DNA of 64,000 nt from NCBI RefSeq assembly GCF_009914755.1, contig NC_060946.1; one strand, written 5' to 3'. Positions 49,436-62,200 of this stretch are shown here, one piece after another. Source of the stretch: the human T2T-CHM13v2.0 reference genome, Homo sapiens. The position numbers were made by a program, and so were the translations under genes. A model generated the notes under the pieces. The model saw only the letters and a program-made list of their open reading frames with translations. It made no database searches and had not been told where the DNA came from. How positions within the stretch are numbered: the first letter of the stretch is position 1; each line of letters starts with the position of its first letter.

Positions 49436-52400
49436 CCAATCAAGTATGATCTTTCTCTCCTCAAAAAACCCCTCATATGTTTAGACCTCCCGTGCACTTT
49501 TATACATTTTGTCTCATGGTTTCTTCCTGTACAATAAGGTGCTATAAACAGATAGCTATAGTTTTGGGTTTCATTTCAACAAAACACCCTTCCTAGTTTT
49601 TTGAACCCCAAGCGAAATATGAGGACAGGCCCCACGTTCCATTACAAAAGCAGAAAGGGAGTGCATGATCCTTTTTCCAGTTTCTTGGCCACTCACGTGT
49701 GGGCACATATCTAGGCCCAGCCAACTGATGTCTCTTTATTAGAACTAGGAACCCGATGAAATGATGCAAAAGACCTGAAAGAATCAGAGAAGATTCTGAG
49801 AAATTGAGCAGAGATGCAGGTCCAGGAATGTGGCAGCAAGTGCCTAGGTTCAGCAGAGCCCAGCTACATGGTGACAAGTGTCAAATGACAACATCCTAGT
49901 GGTGGCATCCAAGATCTGCTTCCGTCGAATGAACTTGGCTGTGCTGAGTTTCCCTCAGTTCTTACCTTGCTTCTCCAGCATCTTCGATGATTTTGTGAAC
50001 TATTCAATATCCTTTCATTGAATTCCTGTTTTGCTTAAGTTGTCTAGAATTTGTTATTTTCAGGGAAAAATATAAACCAGTTATCCCCTCACATTAAAAC
50101 ACACTCCACTTAGGCATCTCCTGTGATCTCACTGGAGAAAAGTGTGGACGTTATTTGTAATTTGACTCAGAATGATAGGATTAGTTTGGTACTAGTAACA
50201 ATGGAGATAAGTAACTAACTTTTTGTGAAACTTCTTCCTGGGGTGAAACAAAATCTATTGTGGAAACTCTTTTCAATCATCTCTGGAAATTTATTAAGTG
50301 ACCTAGTATATAACGATAATTTACCATGATATTTGATAAAATAGTTTTGTGTGTTCAGAATAATTTCTTTTTTCTTTACCTTTGAAAATAATGCATTGAT
50401 AGTTAATTTTCTCCTAAATTGTCTGTTTTTATTTCCATAAAAGGTATTTATTGAATGTCTCCTTACTTTTAATATAACTAGGCATTGTGTGATCAAAGAA
50501 AAATAAATATGTTCTTGTTTCTGGAATTACTAAAGCTTTGAAAATGGACTTATCGATCTCAAACCAATGGGACATATTCCTATGTGGCCTGCTCCCCTGT
50601 TAGGGTGTCCAGTGTAAGCGGTGATTCCTTTTCTGTCTTTTTAAAGATTTTAGAAATGCAGCTTCTGCTGTTGGCCACTAGGTGGAGTACTTCAGAGCAG
50701 GGTTTGTGGGAGTACAAAGCTAACTTCTGCTGCTTTTGCTTGATGCTTCTGCAGCTTCCTTGACTACTGTGGATGATAAGTAACCATTTTCTTCCTCTTC
50801 TTTCTTTTTGCCCTACTCTTTGGAGTGAACTTGAAACATTTAGGAAGTTCATTGATCAACATATACCATGTTTATGAAAATTCGGCTAAGATAATATGGT
50901 AGGACTCCTTTGGATATAAATAATAGAATTCAAACTCAAACTGGTCTAAGCCAAAAAAAAAAATTAATTTGTGGACTCGTATAATGGAAAAATCCAGGGT
51001 ATAGCTTCAGAATGGCTGAACGTAGAGACTCAGGGCTTGGCTCTTCTCCTCTTCCTTGCTTTTTTCTTCCCCATTGATTTTATTCTCAGACAAGTTTTCC
51101 CTTTGTGCTGCAATGTGGCCATCATCACTCCTCCAGTTTACATTTCCTTAGTTCCACAGCCTCAGAATAAAGCAAAAAGAGAAACACTTCTAATAGTTTC
51201 AATAAGAGACTAGAGATTGACTTTGGGTGTGAGGCTTGGATTTCATGTCCATCTCTAGTTTCATCTGTGCCAGGATTAGAAGTGTATTCACTGGCCAGGC
51301 CTGTGTCACGAACTCATACAGGGTTTCCACTGTCCACACAGTGCCTTTGCAAGTATTAGAAAATGGCTCCCCTTTCTCCAGTTAGATGCAGCCCTGTATC
51401 AGGGCATGTGGCTTGGGGAAGAGCATGCAGGCTGGATTTCAGCCCCCCTTTCTCCCTTAGCTGGGTTTCTTCCTTGAGTAAACAACATACTTGTTAGTAG
51501 CTGTCCTGTGCTTATTCCTGAAACTGGGGGTGAAATCAGCCCCCACGCCAAAACTGAAGGACAGAAGGTGGCTTTATCTAGGGTCTCAGATAATGGCTAA
51601 TAACAAAGGGAGGGGACAGTGGGTGCTGTGTGGGCAAAAGGAGCAAAAAATAATCCTAACCTGTCTAGACTTCATCTCAGAAGCCATATGCAACCTTCTT
51701 CAATGGAAATATTTAACACTTCAGGAGTGCCAAGAAGGCTATAAGGAACATATCTCTTAAGGACCTAAGTTAAGGCATTCTAGAATGTATGCTTTATGGA
51801 TTTACCTTGTAAATATATAACATGGACTAATACACACAGAAAATATATTGCAGAGTAACATAGATGACAGAACTTGAAATACATGACATTCTACCGCAGT
51901 CTATCATTATTTTCTAACTTATCAAAAGACTCAGAGTATATTTTTTCATATTGATAAATTTCTAACCAGAGCCCTATTTACTCGTGTCTTGAAAAACAGA
52001 GTATTTGCAAATATGTCTGAAGAGGGAAGAGAAAGAAAATGATTCCAAAAAAGCTGATAACATTAAGACAGCTTTTTTTAGAAGATGTACATTTGCAACC
52101 ACAAATCAAAAACTTATAGGAGATACAAAAAATGTGAAGAAAAATAAATGAAACCAAACCACTACAAGAAATAACCAAACTAAGAAGACAGCAAGAGAGG
52201 GGAAAAAAAAGAACTGCAAAACATATGAAAAACAATTAACAAAATTCAAGTTACTCCTTACCTATCAACAAGACTTTAAATGTGAAAGGATTAAACTACC
52301 TAATTAAAAGACATAGAGTGGCACAATGCATAAAAGATACTCATCAGTACATATTTATAAGGGAGTCACTTTAGATATAAAGATACATAGAGGCTCAAAG

Positions 52401-54342
52401 TGAAGGGATGGGAAAAGATACTCTATGCCAATGGTAACCAAAAAAGAACAAGGGTATCTATACTTAGATCAGAAAAAGTAAACTTGAAATCAAAAACTGT
52501 CACTAGAGACTAAGAAGGTCATTATATAATGATAAAAGTTCACTTCAATGGGAAGATTATAAATATATATCCACCCAACATTAGAACACCTAAATATATA
52601 AAGTTAATATCAACAAAGCTAAGGGGAGAAATCAGTAACACTAAAATAATAGTAGCCAACTTCTGTACCCCAAATTCAATAATGGATAGAACATCTAGGC
52701 AGGAATAAAAAAAAGGAAACAGCTGACTTGAACAACACAGTAGATTAAACACTGACATATACAAAACTTTCCATCCAACAGCAGCAGAATATACATTCTT
52801 CTCAAGTGCACACAGAATATTCTCTGAGATAGATCAAATCTTAGGTCACGAGGCATCCTACAAATTTAAGAAGTTTGATATAATGCCAAGTATCTTCTCA
52901 GACCACAATGGAATAAAATTAGAAGTCAATAACAAAGAAAAGAGAAACATTTACAAAAATGCAGAAACTAAACAACACACTCTTCAACTACCATTGGGTA
53001 AAAGAAGAAATCAAAAGGGAATTTTTAAAATATATTGAGACAAACAAAAATGAACATACAACTCAACAAAACTTACAGGATGCAGCAAAAGAAGTGCTAA
53101 GAGGGAAATGTTACAGTGATAAATACCTACATTAAAAAATAAGAAAGATCTCATTCGAACAACCTAATTTTACAAATAAACAATTAGAAAAAGTAAAACA
53201 AACTAAACCCAAAGTTAGCATAATGAAGTAAATAATAAAGATTAGAATATAAATAAAATAACTATAAAATAAAAAAAAATAGAAAAATCAATAAAGCTAG
53301 AGTTGAATTTTTGGAAATACAAACAAAAATAACAAACACTTAGGTACACAAAGAAAAAAGGAGAAACTCAAGTAAATATAATCAGAAATGAAAATGGACA
53401 CATTATAACAAATGTACAGGAATACAAATGATTATAAAGGACAATTAAGCAATTATATGCCAATAAATTGGATAACTTAAAGAAATGGATAAATTCTTAG
53501 AAAGATGCAATCTACCAAGGTGGGACAAAAAAGAAATAGAACAGACCAAAAGCAAACAAAGAGATTTAATCAGTAATCAAAAATTTCCCAACAAAGAAAA
53601 ACCCAGGTGCAGATGCTTTCATGGGCAACTTCTACCAAACATTCAAAGAAGAACTAACACCAAAACGTCTTAAACTCTTCAGAAAAAATAGAAGAGAGAA
53701 TAGTCCCAATCTCATTTCATGAGGCCGATGTTACCATAACTTAAAAGCTAGACGAGGACAACACAATAAGAAATAATTACAGACCAGTATTCTTAATGAA
53801 TACAGGTGCAAAAATTCTCAATAAAATACAAACTAACAAACTGAATTCAAAAGCACATTGAAAAGGTCATACACCATGACCAAATTGGAATTTATCTATG
53901 GGATACAAGGATGTTTCAGTGTGTAAAAATTAATAATGTGGTATACCACATTAACAGAATGAAAGACAAAAATAACATTCCAATAGATGCAGAAAACACA
54001 TTTGACAAAATTCAATATACTTTTATGATAAAACTCTCAACAAAATAAGTATACAAGAAACTTAACACTATAAAGGCTGTATATGAAAAACCTATATCTA
54101 ATATTATAATCAATGGGGAAAGACTGAAAGCTTTTTCTTTAATATCTGGAACAAGACAAGTATGTCTACCCTCATCACTCCTATTCAACATAGTACTGGA
54201 AGTCCTAGCCAGAACAATCAGGCAAGAGAAATAAAATGGATCAAAATTGAAAGGAAAGATATAGTTACCTCTGTTAACAGAAGACATGATTATTATACAT
54301 TGAAAACTCTAAAGACTCCACAGAAAATGGTTAGAAATAATA

Positions 54343-54566
54343 CAGTCAGTCTTTCATATCTGCTGGGGATTTGTTTCAGGACCCCGTCAGATAACAAAAT
54401 CTGTGATGATCAACTCCCTCACATAAAATCGTGTACAGTTGGCCCTATGTATCCATGGGTCCACATCTGGGGATTCAAACCACCACAGATGGAAAATATG
54501 TATACGTTATGTTCATAGTTGATTGAGTTTATGGTTGCAGAACCCATTGATAGGAAGGACTGACTA
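54343..54566. mobile_element. MER2-type TcMar-Tigger MITE nested in L1
   Basis: Inverted termini cagtcagtctttcatatc / gataggaaggactgacta with flanking TA dinucleotides. Confidence 0.8.
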
Positions 54567-55854
54567 TATAATAAATTTTCTAAAGTTGTAGGATACACAA
54601 TTGGCCTACAAAAATCATTGCTATTTCTAAACACTAACAATGAATTGTCTGAAAGGGAAATTTAAAAAACAGTATCAAATAAACTACTTTGGAAATAACT
54701 AACCAAAGAAGTGAAAGACTTAAACACTACAAATTATAAAAGATTGATGACAGAAATTTAAATCAAAGTAAATTGAAAGACAACCCATGGATTGAAAGAG
54801 TTAGTACTGTATTATTAAAGTGTCCATATTACTCAAAGCAATCTACACATTTAATGTAATCCATATCAAAATCCCAATGGTATCTGTCACAGAAATAGAA
54901 AAAAAATCCTAAAATTCATATAGAATCACAAAAATCCCTGAGTGGCTGAAGCTATTTTGAGCAAGAACAAAGCTGCAGGTATCACACTTCCTGACTTCAA
55001 ATTAAATTACAAAGCTGTAGAAAGAAAAACACTGTGGTATTGGCATAAAAACAGACACATAAACCAGTGAAACAAAATAGAGAACCTAGGCATAACCCAC
55101 ACATTGGCAGCCATTGGTCACCCTGGAAGGTGACAAGGAGACACTATAGGCAGAGGATATGCTCTTGACCAAATGGTGTTAGGAAAGCTGGATATCTACA
55201 TGTAAAAGAATGAAGTCGGATCCCTAGCTCACGCCTTATGTAAAAATTAACTCAGAATGGATTAAACGTTTAAATGTAATCACTGAAACCATAAAACTTC
55301 TGGAAGAAGACAGGAGAAAACATTCTTGACATTGGTCTTGGCAATAATTTGTTTAGATATGATGCCAAAAGCACAGGCAACAAAGGCAAAATAGATAAAT
55401 GAATTACATCGAACTAAAAAGCTTCTGCACAGCAAAGAAAACAACTAATGAAATGATAAGGCAACCTATGAAATGGGGAAAATGTAAACCATATCTCTTA
55501 TAAGGAGTTCAAAAAATAAGGACACATACACATCAATTCTAAAATTATAAATAACCTAATTTTATTTTAAGGAAAAGAACCTAAATAAATACATCTCAAA
55601 AGAAGAAATTCAAATGGCTAACAGGTATAAGAAAACGTGCTCAAGATCTCTAAACTTCAGAGTAATGCAAATCAAAACCACAATGAGATATCATGTCACA
55701 CCTGTTAAAATGGCTATTATCAAAAAGAGAAAAGATAAGTGTTGGTAAGAATGTGGAGAAAAGGAAACCATTATACACTATTGATGGGAATGCAAATTAG
55801 TAAAACACAGAAAACAGTATTGAGGTTCCTCCAAAAAAAATTGAAAATAGCACT

Positions 55855-56140
55855 GGCCTGGTGTGGTGGCTCACACCTGTAATCCCAGGATTTGGGGAAG
55901 CCAAGGCAGTAGGCCAGGAGCTCCAGACCAGCCTGGGTAACATAGCAAGACCCCATCTCTGAAAAAAAATTAAAATTAGCCAGACATGGTGTTGTACGCC
56001 TGTAGTCCAAGCTACTCAGGAGGCTGAGGTAGGAGGATCGCTGATGCCCAGGAGTTCAAGGCTGCAGTGAGCTATGATCTTACCACTGGACTTTACCCTG
56101 GATGACAGAGTGAGACCCGGTTTCAAAAATAAAAAAAAGA
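55855..56140 (+). mobile_element. AluJ-type element nested in L1
   Basis: ggcctggtgtggtggctcacacctgtaatccc...gagctatgatc...A tail; degenerate TSD aaatagcact / aagagaact. Confidence 0.9.
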
Positions 56141-56987
56141 GAACTACCACATAATCCAATAATTTCACTTCTGGATATATGTCCAGTTAAATTGACATAA
56201 GAGTCTTAGAGAGGTGACTGTCATCCCCTGTTCATTGCAGCATGACACACAATGACCAAAATATGAAAATAACCTAAATGTCCTTTGACAGAGGAACAGA
56301 TGAATGGGTAAAGAAAATGTAGCGTGTATACTTAAAATGAAATATTATACAACCTTGAAAAAGAAGGAAATCCTTCTATTTGTGAAAACATGGATGGAGC
56401 TGGAAGATATTGCGCCAAGCAAAAATGCAAGACATAGAGACAAATACTTCATGATCTCACTTACATGTGGAATCTACAACAGTCAAATTCATAAAAACAG
56501 AATAGGACAGTGGTTGCCAGGGGCTCAGGGAGGGGAAGTGGGGTGATGTTAATTAAATTGTGCAATGTTCAAGTTATAATAAATTCTGGAGATATAATGT
56601 ACAACGTGGAACAACACTGTATCATATTCTTGTGTTCTGATAAAGGACTAGATCATAAATTAATTACTGTCAACACACAATGGTCAATATGTAGAGATAA
56701 TATGCTAATTTGTTTGATTGTGGTGATCATTTCAAAAAGTATAGAAATATCAAAACATTAAGTTACCTTAGATTTATACAATTTGTATGGGTCATTTTAT
56801 CATCATAAAGCTGTAAGAAAGATTTAGTAAATCATGTCTACAACCTGGGAACTTTCTCATGACAGGGAGGGCTGGAGTAGGAAAATGGAATTTTGCAAAA
56901 AGGATAGGGTGACGGACATGGGAAATGATTGATCAAGTATTTAAGAAATGACCTGGGTGGAAGCTACATCAAAGGGTATGAGTTTAG

Positions 56988-57460
56988 AGCGTCAGTCCTC
57001 AAACTTTTTGGTTTCAGGAACACTTTACATTTTTAAAAGTTATTGAGGACCCCAAAGAGGTTTTATTTATTTGGATTATATCTATCTATATTTATCATAT
57101 TAAACATTAAAACTGAGAAATTAAAAAAATAAAATATACTTATATGTTTACATAAATCACATTTTTATTTAAAGTTATAATTTTTAAGCAGAAAAGTTTG
57201 TGAGAACATTGACATTGTTTTATATCTTTAGGTATGTCTTTAATGTCTGGTTTAATAGAAGAAAACTTGGTTCTCCTTTCTGCTTCTATGTTTAATTTCT
57301 TGTGACATCCCATGTCAGGTAGCCTCTGGGAAACTCCAATTATATTTGTGAGAGAATGAAAGTGGAAAAGGTAAACAAAACCTGTGTATTTTTATGAAAA
57401 GACTTTTGACCTTGCAGAGCCCCTGGAAGGGACTCAGGGACTTCTCAGGTTTCTCTGGCT
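56988..57460. mobile_element. Charlie1-like hAT relic
   Basis: ctcaaactttttggtttcaggaacactttacat...attgaggaccccaaagag...tttgaccttgcagagcccctggaaggg. Confidence 0.7.
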
Positions 57461-57864
57461 CATGTGTTCACAGAGTAGAGGGTAAGTCCGCAAGAGAAAG
57501 CAGTGATTGGCTGTGGGAGGTCTTGCTGAGAGGTGGTAGAGAAGAAGTTGAAAGTGTAGAAAGTATGGTCGTTGTTTTCATTTCTTTTTCCTTTCCTTTG
57601 GCCTCTTGTTGCTGGGATTTCCTCTTTAGATGATCGTATCATAAATTAGAAACGGCATTAATGAACATTCTTGATACTGCCTAATGAAAGTTTTTGTTTT
57701 GTCTTCCTGAGTCTTGATACATTTCAAGAAGTCTTCTATCTCATTTATTTTTCCCAACCCAATTTGGAATTTAGGAAGAGTCGATGTAGCTATATTTAGA
57801 TGATTTATCTCCCTGAAGACATTTTGGGATCATTTATAAATCTCTATAAACAATGCTCTGATGT

Positions 57865-58170
57865 TCCTTTATTTTGTTTAGAGACTGGGTCTTGCCGTGT
57901 TGTCTGGAGTGGAGTGGCTCGATCGTAGCTCACAATACACAATGCAATCAAACTCCTGGGCTCAAAGTGATCCTTCCACTCAGCCTCCACAGTAGCTAGG
58001 TCTGCAGGTGTGTGCCAGCACGCCTAGCTTTTGATTACTATTATTTTTGTAGAAATGGGGGTTTCATTATGCTGCCCAGGCTGGTCTTCCAACTCCTGGC
58101 CTCAAGCGATCCTCCTGCCTTCCGCCGTCTGAGGAGCTGAGATTACAGGTGTAAGCCACCATGCTGGTCC
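57865..58170 (-). mobile_element. AluJ-type element
   Basis: Diverged antisense Alu. Confidence 0.82.
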
Positions 58171-58229
58171 TGATGTCATTTAAATACAAACATGATACTA
58201 TATTCCTTGTAGAAAGTGCTACATAAAGA

Positions 58230-58520
58230 TAATTTTTTTGACATAAGGTCTTACTCCCTCACCCAGGCTGGAATGCAGTGGTATGATCACACCCACTGCA
58301 GCCTTGACCTCCTGGGCTTAAGCGATCCTCCCACCTCAACCTTCCAAGTAGCTGGGACCTGAGGTATGAGCCACCAAGGCCAGCGAATTTTTCAAATTTT
58401 TGGTAAAGATCGGCGTGTCACTGTGTTGCCCAGGCTGGTCTTGAACTCTTGGGCTCAAGTTACCCTCCTCCCAAGTCTCCCAAAGTGCTGGGATTACAGA
58501 CCTGAACCACTGCACAGGGT
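58230..58520 (-). mobile_element. AluJ-type element
   Basis: Diverged antisense Alu. Confidence 0.85.
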
Positions 58521-59893
58521 CCTAAAAATTCATTCACTTTCTTTGTTTGTCCACAAGATGCTGCTGTTTCCCTTCTAATAACATGAGATAGCTCACTCAA
58601 CAACATCAAGAACACGATATTCTCTAAAAAAAATCACAGTAGTTCCTTTTCCATAACTATTAAGTTTTCAGGGTGTTATCAGGCTTATCTCATAGAAAGA
58701 ATGTGTAAAATTTTTCATGTAGAAACATAATCTTTTAGCAATGAGTTACTTAAAAAATTTGACATTGTCAGAATGAAGATTTCCTTTTCCCTATAATTTT
58801 ATTATAATTATATTTTTAATGATATCAATTGCTGTATAAAAACTCATTACATTATATACCCAATGACTGTGAAATCGTCTGCTTTGAAGCACAGTGAAAT
58901 CATCAATCAGCATACTGGGTCTAACACGGATCCTTCCATTTTAAGAAAGCTATTTACACTCCAATTTGCAAGTTGGACTTTACAAAAATTAAAACATTTA
59001 GAAAATATAGTAACTATGACTGCTTTAAAAAGTAATGGCTTTTTATGGTAAGGAAATAAATTGAAGCTCTGTGTTGGAAAGTGCAGAAAACAAATCAGCA
59101 CTCTTTATAAATAGATTTTACTGCTGGTTTAGAAATTACCTTATGTGCTTTATAGATGATGGAAAATGAAATCAGCTGCAGTTAGCAGTGTGCATGCATC
59201 GTATTTTCTGTGTCACTTTCAGAAAGATTATGGAATATTGGCAGGTCAGGATTCTCAAAATGATAAGTTCTAAGAAGAGGCTAAATGAAAAAGAATTTTA
59301 AAAGCAAGCCTAGTTGTTTAACATATACATGGACTAGTTATGGGGAAATCCTGGACTGGGAGCTAGCAGACCTATGTTCTGACTTTTACTAAGTCATTGG
59401 CTGCTACAGCCGGCCAAGCAGACATAACTGCCAAGGCTGCCTGGGAGTTGGATTGATTGGCAATTGGCACAGGGAGAGAGGACAACTGCCAGAGTAATGG
59501 CCAAATATTCAGGGTTTCATGTTCAGTGAAGCAGGACGTGCCTTTGTATTCCAAGGGCAAAACTGACGCTAGAATCTGCGCCTCCTGGCTGAATGTGAGT
59601 CTACAGTCTGATGAGTACGATGAAGTAGTCTCAGAAATCCAAGCCAGCCAGAACCCATGAGGTGTTCTCTGCAGTTATTGGCTGGTGAGCTGCATTAAGA
59701 TGTTTTATTCCATTGAGAAAGCATTCCTTGATTCGTTAGGTTAGCATCCCACAAGAGCAGAGACAAATTCTTCAGAATTTGTCCATGAGGCTATAGTCCC
59801 AGAGCTTATATTTCAAGGGAGGAGGGAGGAAACAGCATCTCAGGATGGTAGGTGATTACAGCTAAACGGAATTCTGAAAATAAAAGGAACCCT

Positions 59894-60243
59894 ATGTCTT
59901 TGTCTGCTCAGGCTGCTGCTACAAACAACTGTAGACTGAGTGGCTTAAACAGCACATACTTGTTTCTCACAGTTGTGGAAATTCAAAGATTAAAATCTGG
60001 GCCAGCAGAGCCAGTGTCTGGTGAAGGCCATCTTACTGGTTTGCAGGTGTTCTTGTTGTATCTTCACATGGCTGAGAGAAGAGGGCTCTAGTCTCCTACT
60101 CTTCTTATTAGGATGCTAACCCCATTGTGGAACTCCATCCTCATCAAAACCAAATTACTTTCCAAAGGTCCCCCTTCTAATGCCATTCTATTGTAAGAGT
60201 TTCAAAATGTGCATTTGTTGATGCAAACATGCAGTGCACAGCA
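59894..60243 (-). mobile_element. MLT1A-like MaLR LTR
   Basis: tgtctttgtctgctcaggctgctgctacaaac..gtagactgagtggcttaaac...caaacatgcagtgcacagca. Confidence 0.8.
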
Positions 60244-60245
60244 AC

Positions 60246-60261
60246 TAATCTAATCAAATCA
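60246..60261 (+). promoter_or_regulatory. DUX4 consensus motif TAATCTAATCA with overlapping variant TAATCAAATCA
   Basis: Exact match to the established DUX4 consensus, adjacent to the LTR terminus; function untested. Confidence 0.4.
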
Positions 60262-60559
60262 GTTGTCCCTTGAATAAAATTCTAGCTCCTATAACAAGAC
60301 TTAAAATTATGACTTGGTTGTTGCCAAAACTGTCTATCTGGATTTGCTGGAAATCAAACGTACTTGAATATTTCCTCTAAAGATTTTCTCATTCCTTCCT
60401 TATTATGTATATTTACAGAATCCTTAAATAATTACATACACAAGGCTTCTATTAGCTCTGACGAGAGCTTCTATTAGCTTTGACTATTGTAAACAGCTTT
60501 ATAGCAGTGTAGGTAAAACCATGTGCTTTGAAATCTTACAATAAATTTATTAAATGCTA

Positions 60560-60765
60560 AGCACTTTATATTCACTATTTAATTTTATCATCTTAATCAC
60601 CTTCATTATTACCTCCATTAAACCCTATTTGTTGGCTACTTATATTATTCTGATTTTGCAAATCTAAATTTGAGAGGCTTTCCCAATGTCACATAAGTTA
60701 ATAAGAGGCATAGCTGGGGTTTGAATTAAAGTCTACCTGATTCCAAGATCTATTTACCATTTTTC
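60560..60765 (-). mobile_element. MIR relic
   Basis: tgctaagcactttatattc...cccaatgtcacataagttaataagaggcatagctggggtttgaa. Confidence 0.6.
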
Positions 60766-62004
60766 TACAATATGTACTTTTTAGGTCCCTGAGAATGCTA
60801 ACAGCCTTTCTTTTGAAATCTGCCTTCTTTCTGGATAGCAGCTTTATTAATATGTGATTAGGGCACCATATTTCAGGCAACAAATTCTTTGAAATCTTTC
60901 ATTTCCATAGTGAGATAAGGCACTGTGGCACTGTCAGCCAGAAAACATCATTTGGAGACTACCTTGTACAAGAAGTAGAAGACACAGCTGGGGGCCTGTG
61001 GAGGACAGAAAGCTCACAGCTTCTGTCCATACCCCTTTTACTTCCTCCTCAAGGAGATAGACCTCTGTGGTTGGTCAATCTTAAGGATCTTTTATGGGCC
61101 ACAGCTAATGGTGAAATCTTCCTAACTCTAGGTGAAGATTAATGGGCAAGTTGGAGAGTTAAGGTAGCTAGTGCCTGCTCCTTTTAGAAGAAAGTCTGAT
61201 CATTGCTCTCTTATTTGTGGAACCCCTCTGTTTCCCCAAATGCTTGGTAAGACATACCTGAAGACCAATCCTGTGTCAGTAGACTTCATATCTACTCTCT
61301 TCTACCAATCACACAACTACAGACAAATAAGAAAAATAAAACAAAGCTCAGACACACTCCGCTGGCACGGAGGCCACTCTGCAGCTGGCTGCTTTTCTCT
61401 ACCCTGGCGCTTCCTGGGCATTTGGCTCTTTCTTAGATCAAACCGAGACATGGGTTTGGGATTAAAGAGAAGTAGGTGAAAGGGGTCTCTGGCCTGTTTT
61501 GGCATTAGGCCAAGTAAATAACAGAGTTCTGGCTTAAGCTCAGCTCTGTGGAGCTTTCTCTGTGTTTGGGGAAAATCTCCGATAGTAATGAAGTGGTATT
61601 TTACTGTGCTTCGTTTTCTGTACATATATCTCTCTCTTAGGTATGTTGTGAGGAGATTCGTTCCCTGGACAAATACCATCTTAATCACCTTCATTATTAC
61701 CAATTTTATTTTACTTGCAGAATTAAAATTTAAATAGACATTCAGGAAACAATTCTGGTGAGAGAATTATGTTATGAGGTTAATCTTTCAGCATCTGCCT
61801 TAGGGACATTGATTATTTTCCCCCTTTTTTTTCACCAAGCTCCAGGCTTGCAAAAGAATTGTGATGTGGTCTGAGGCAAACTTACTGATTGGCTAGTGGT
61901 AAGTTAAACCGTAACCTGTAGGACCGCTGGGAACCATTGCTTGTCACCGGCCAGAAATCCACTGTTTGGAGGTGTGCGCTGAGAAGGTTATTCATACTTA
62001 TTGA

Positions 62005-62200
62005 TACATGCTTTGTTCTTGGCACTATGTTAAGTACTGGACACATGCAACAATTTGGAATATCGTTACATTCAACCCTCACAATAGTCTGATGTATATG
62101 TTATTAGTCCCGTATTAGAGATGATTAAACAAGATTGGAGGAAGAGAAGCACACAGCTGGAACCACACAGGTGGCACTGGGATTGGAAGCAGTTCTGTCT
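62005..62200 (-). mobile_element. MIR relic
   Basis: ggcactatgttaagtac...accctcacaatagtct...attagtcccgtattagagatga. Confidence 0.55.

Larger units (their letters stand above)
52040..56815 (+). mobile_element. Degraded L1MA/MB-type element (ORF2 plus 3' UTR)
   Basis: ORF2 remnants such as MDKFLERCNLPR (53485) and gcagaatatacattcttctcaagtgcaca; 3' UTR to about 56815. Confidence 0.88.

Noticed and set aside
58585-58610. ATAGCTCACTCAACAACAT, weakly like cyclin Y YSSCSTI coding sequence
   Set aside because: Short, gapped and not extendable.
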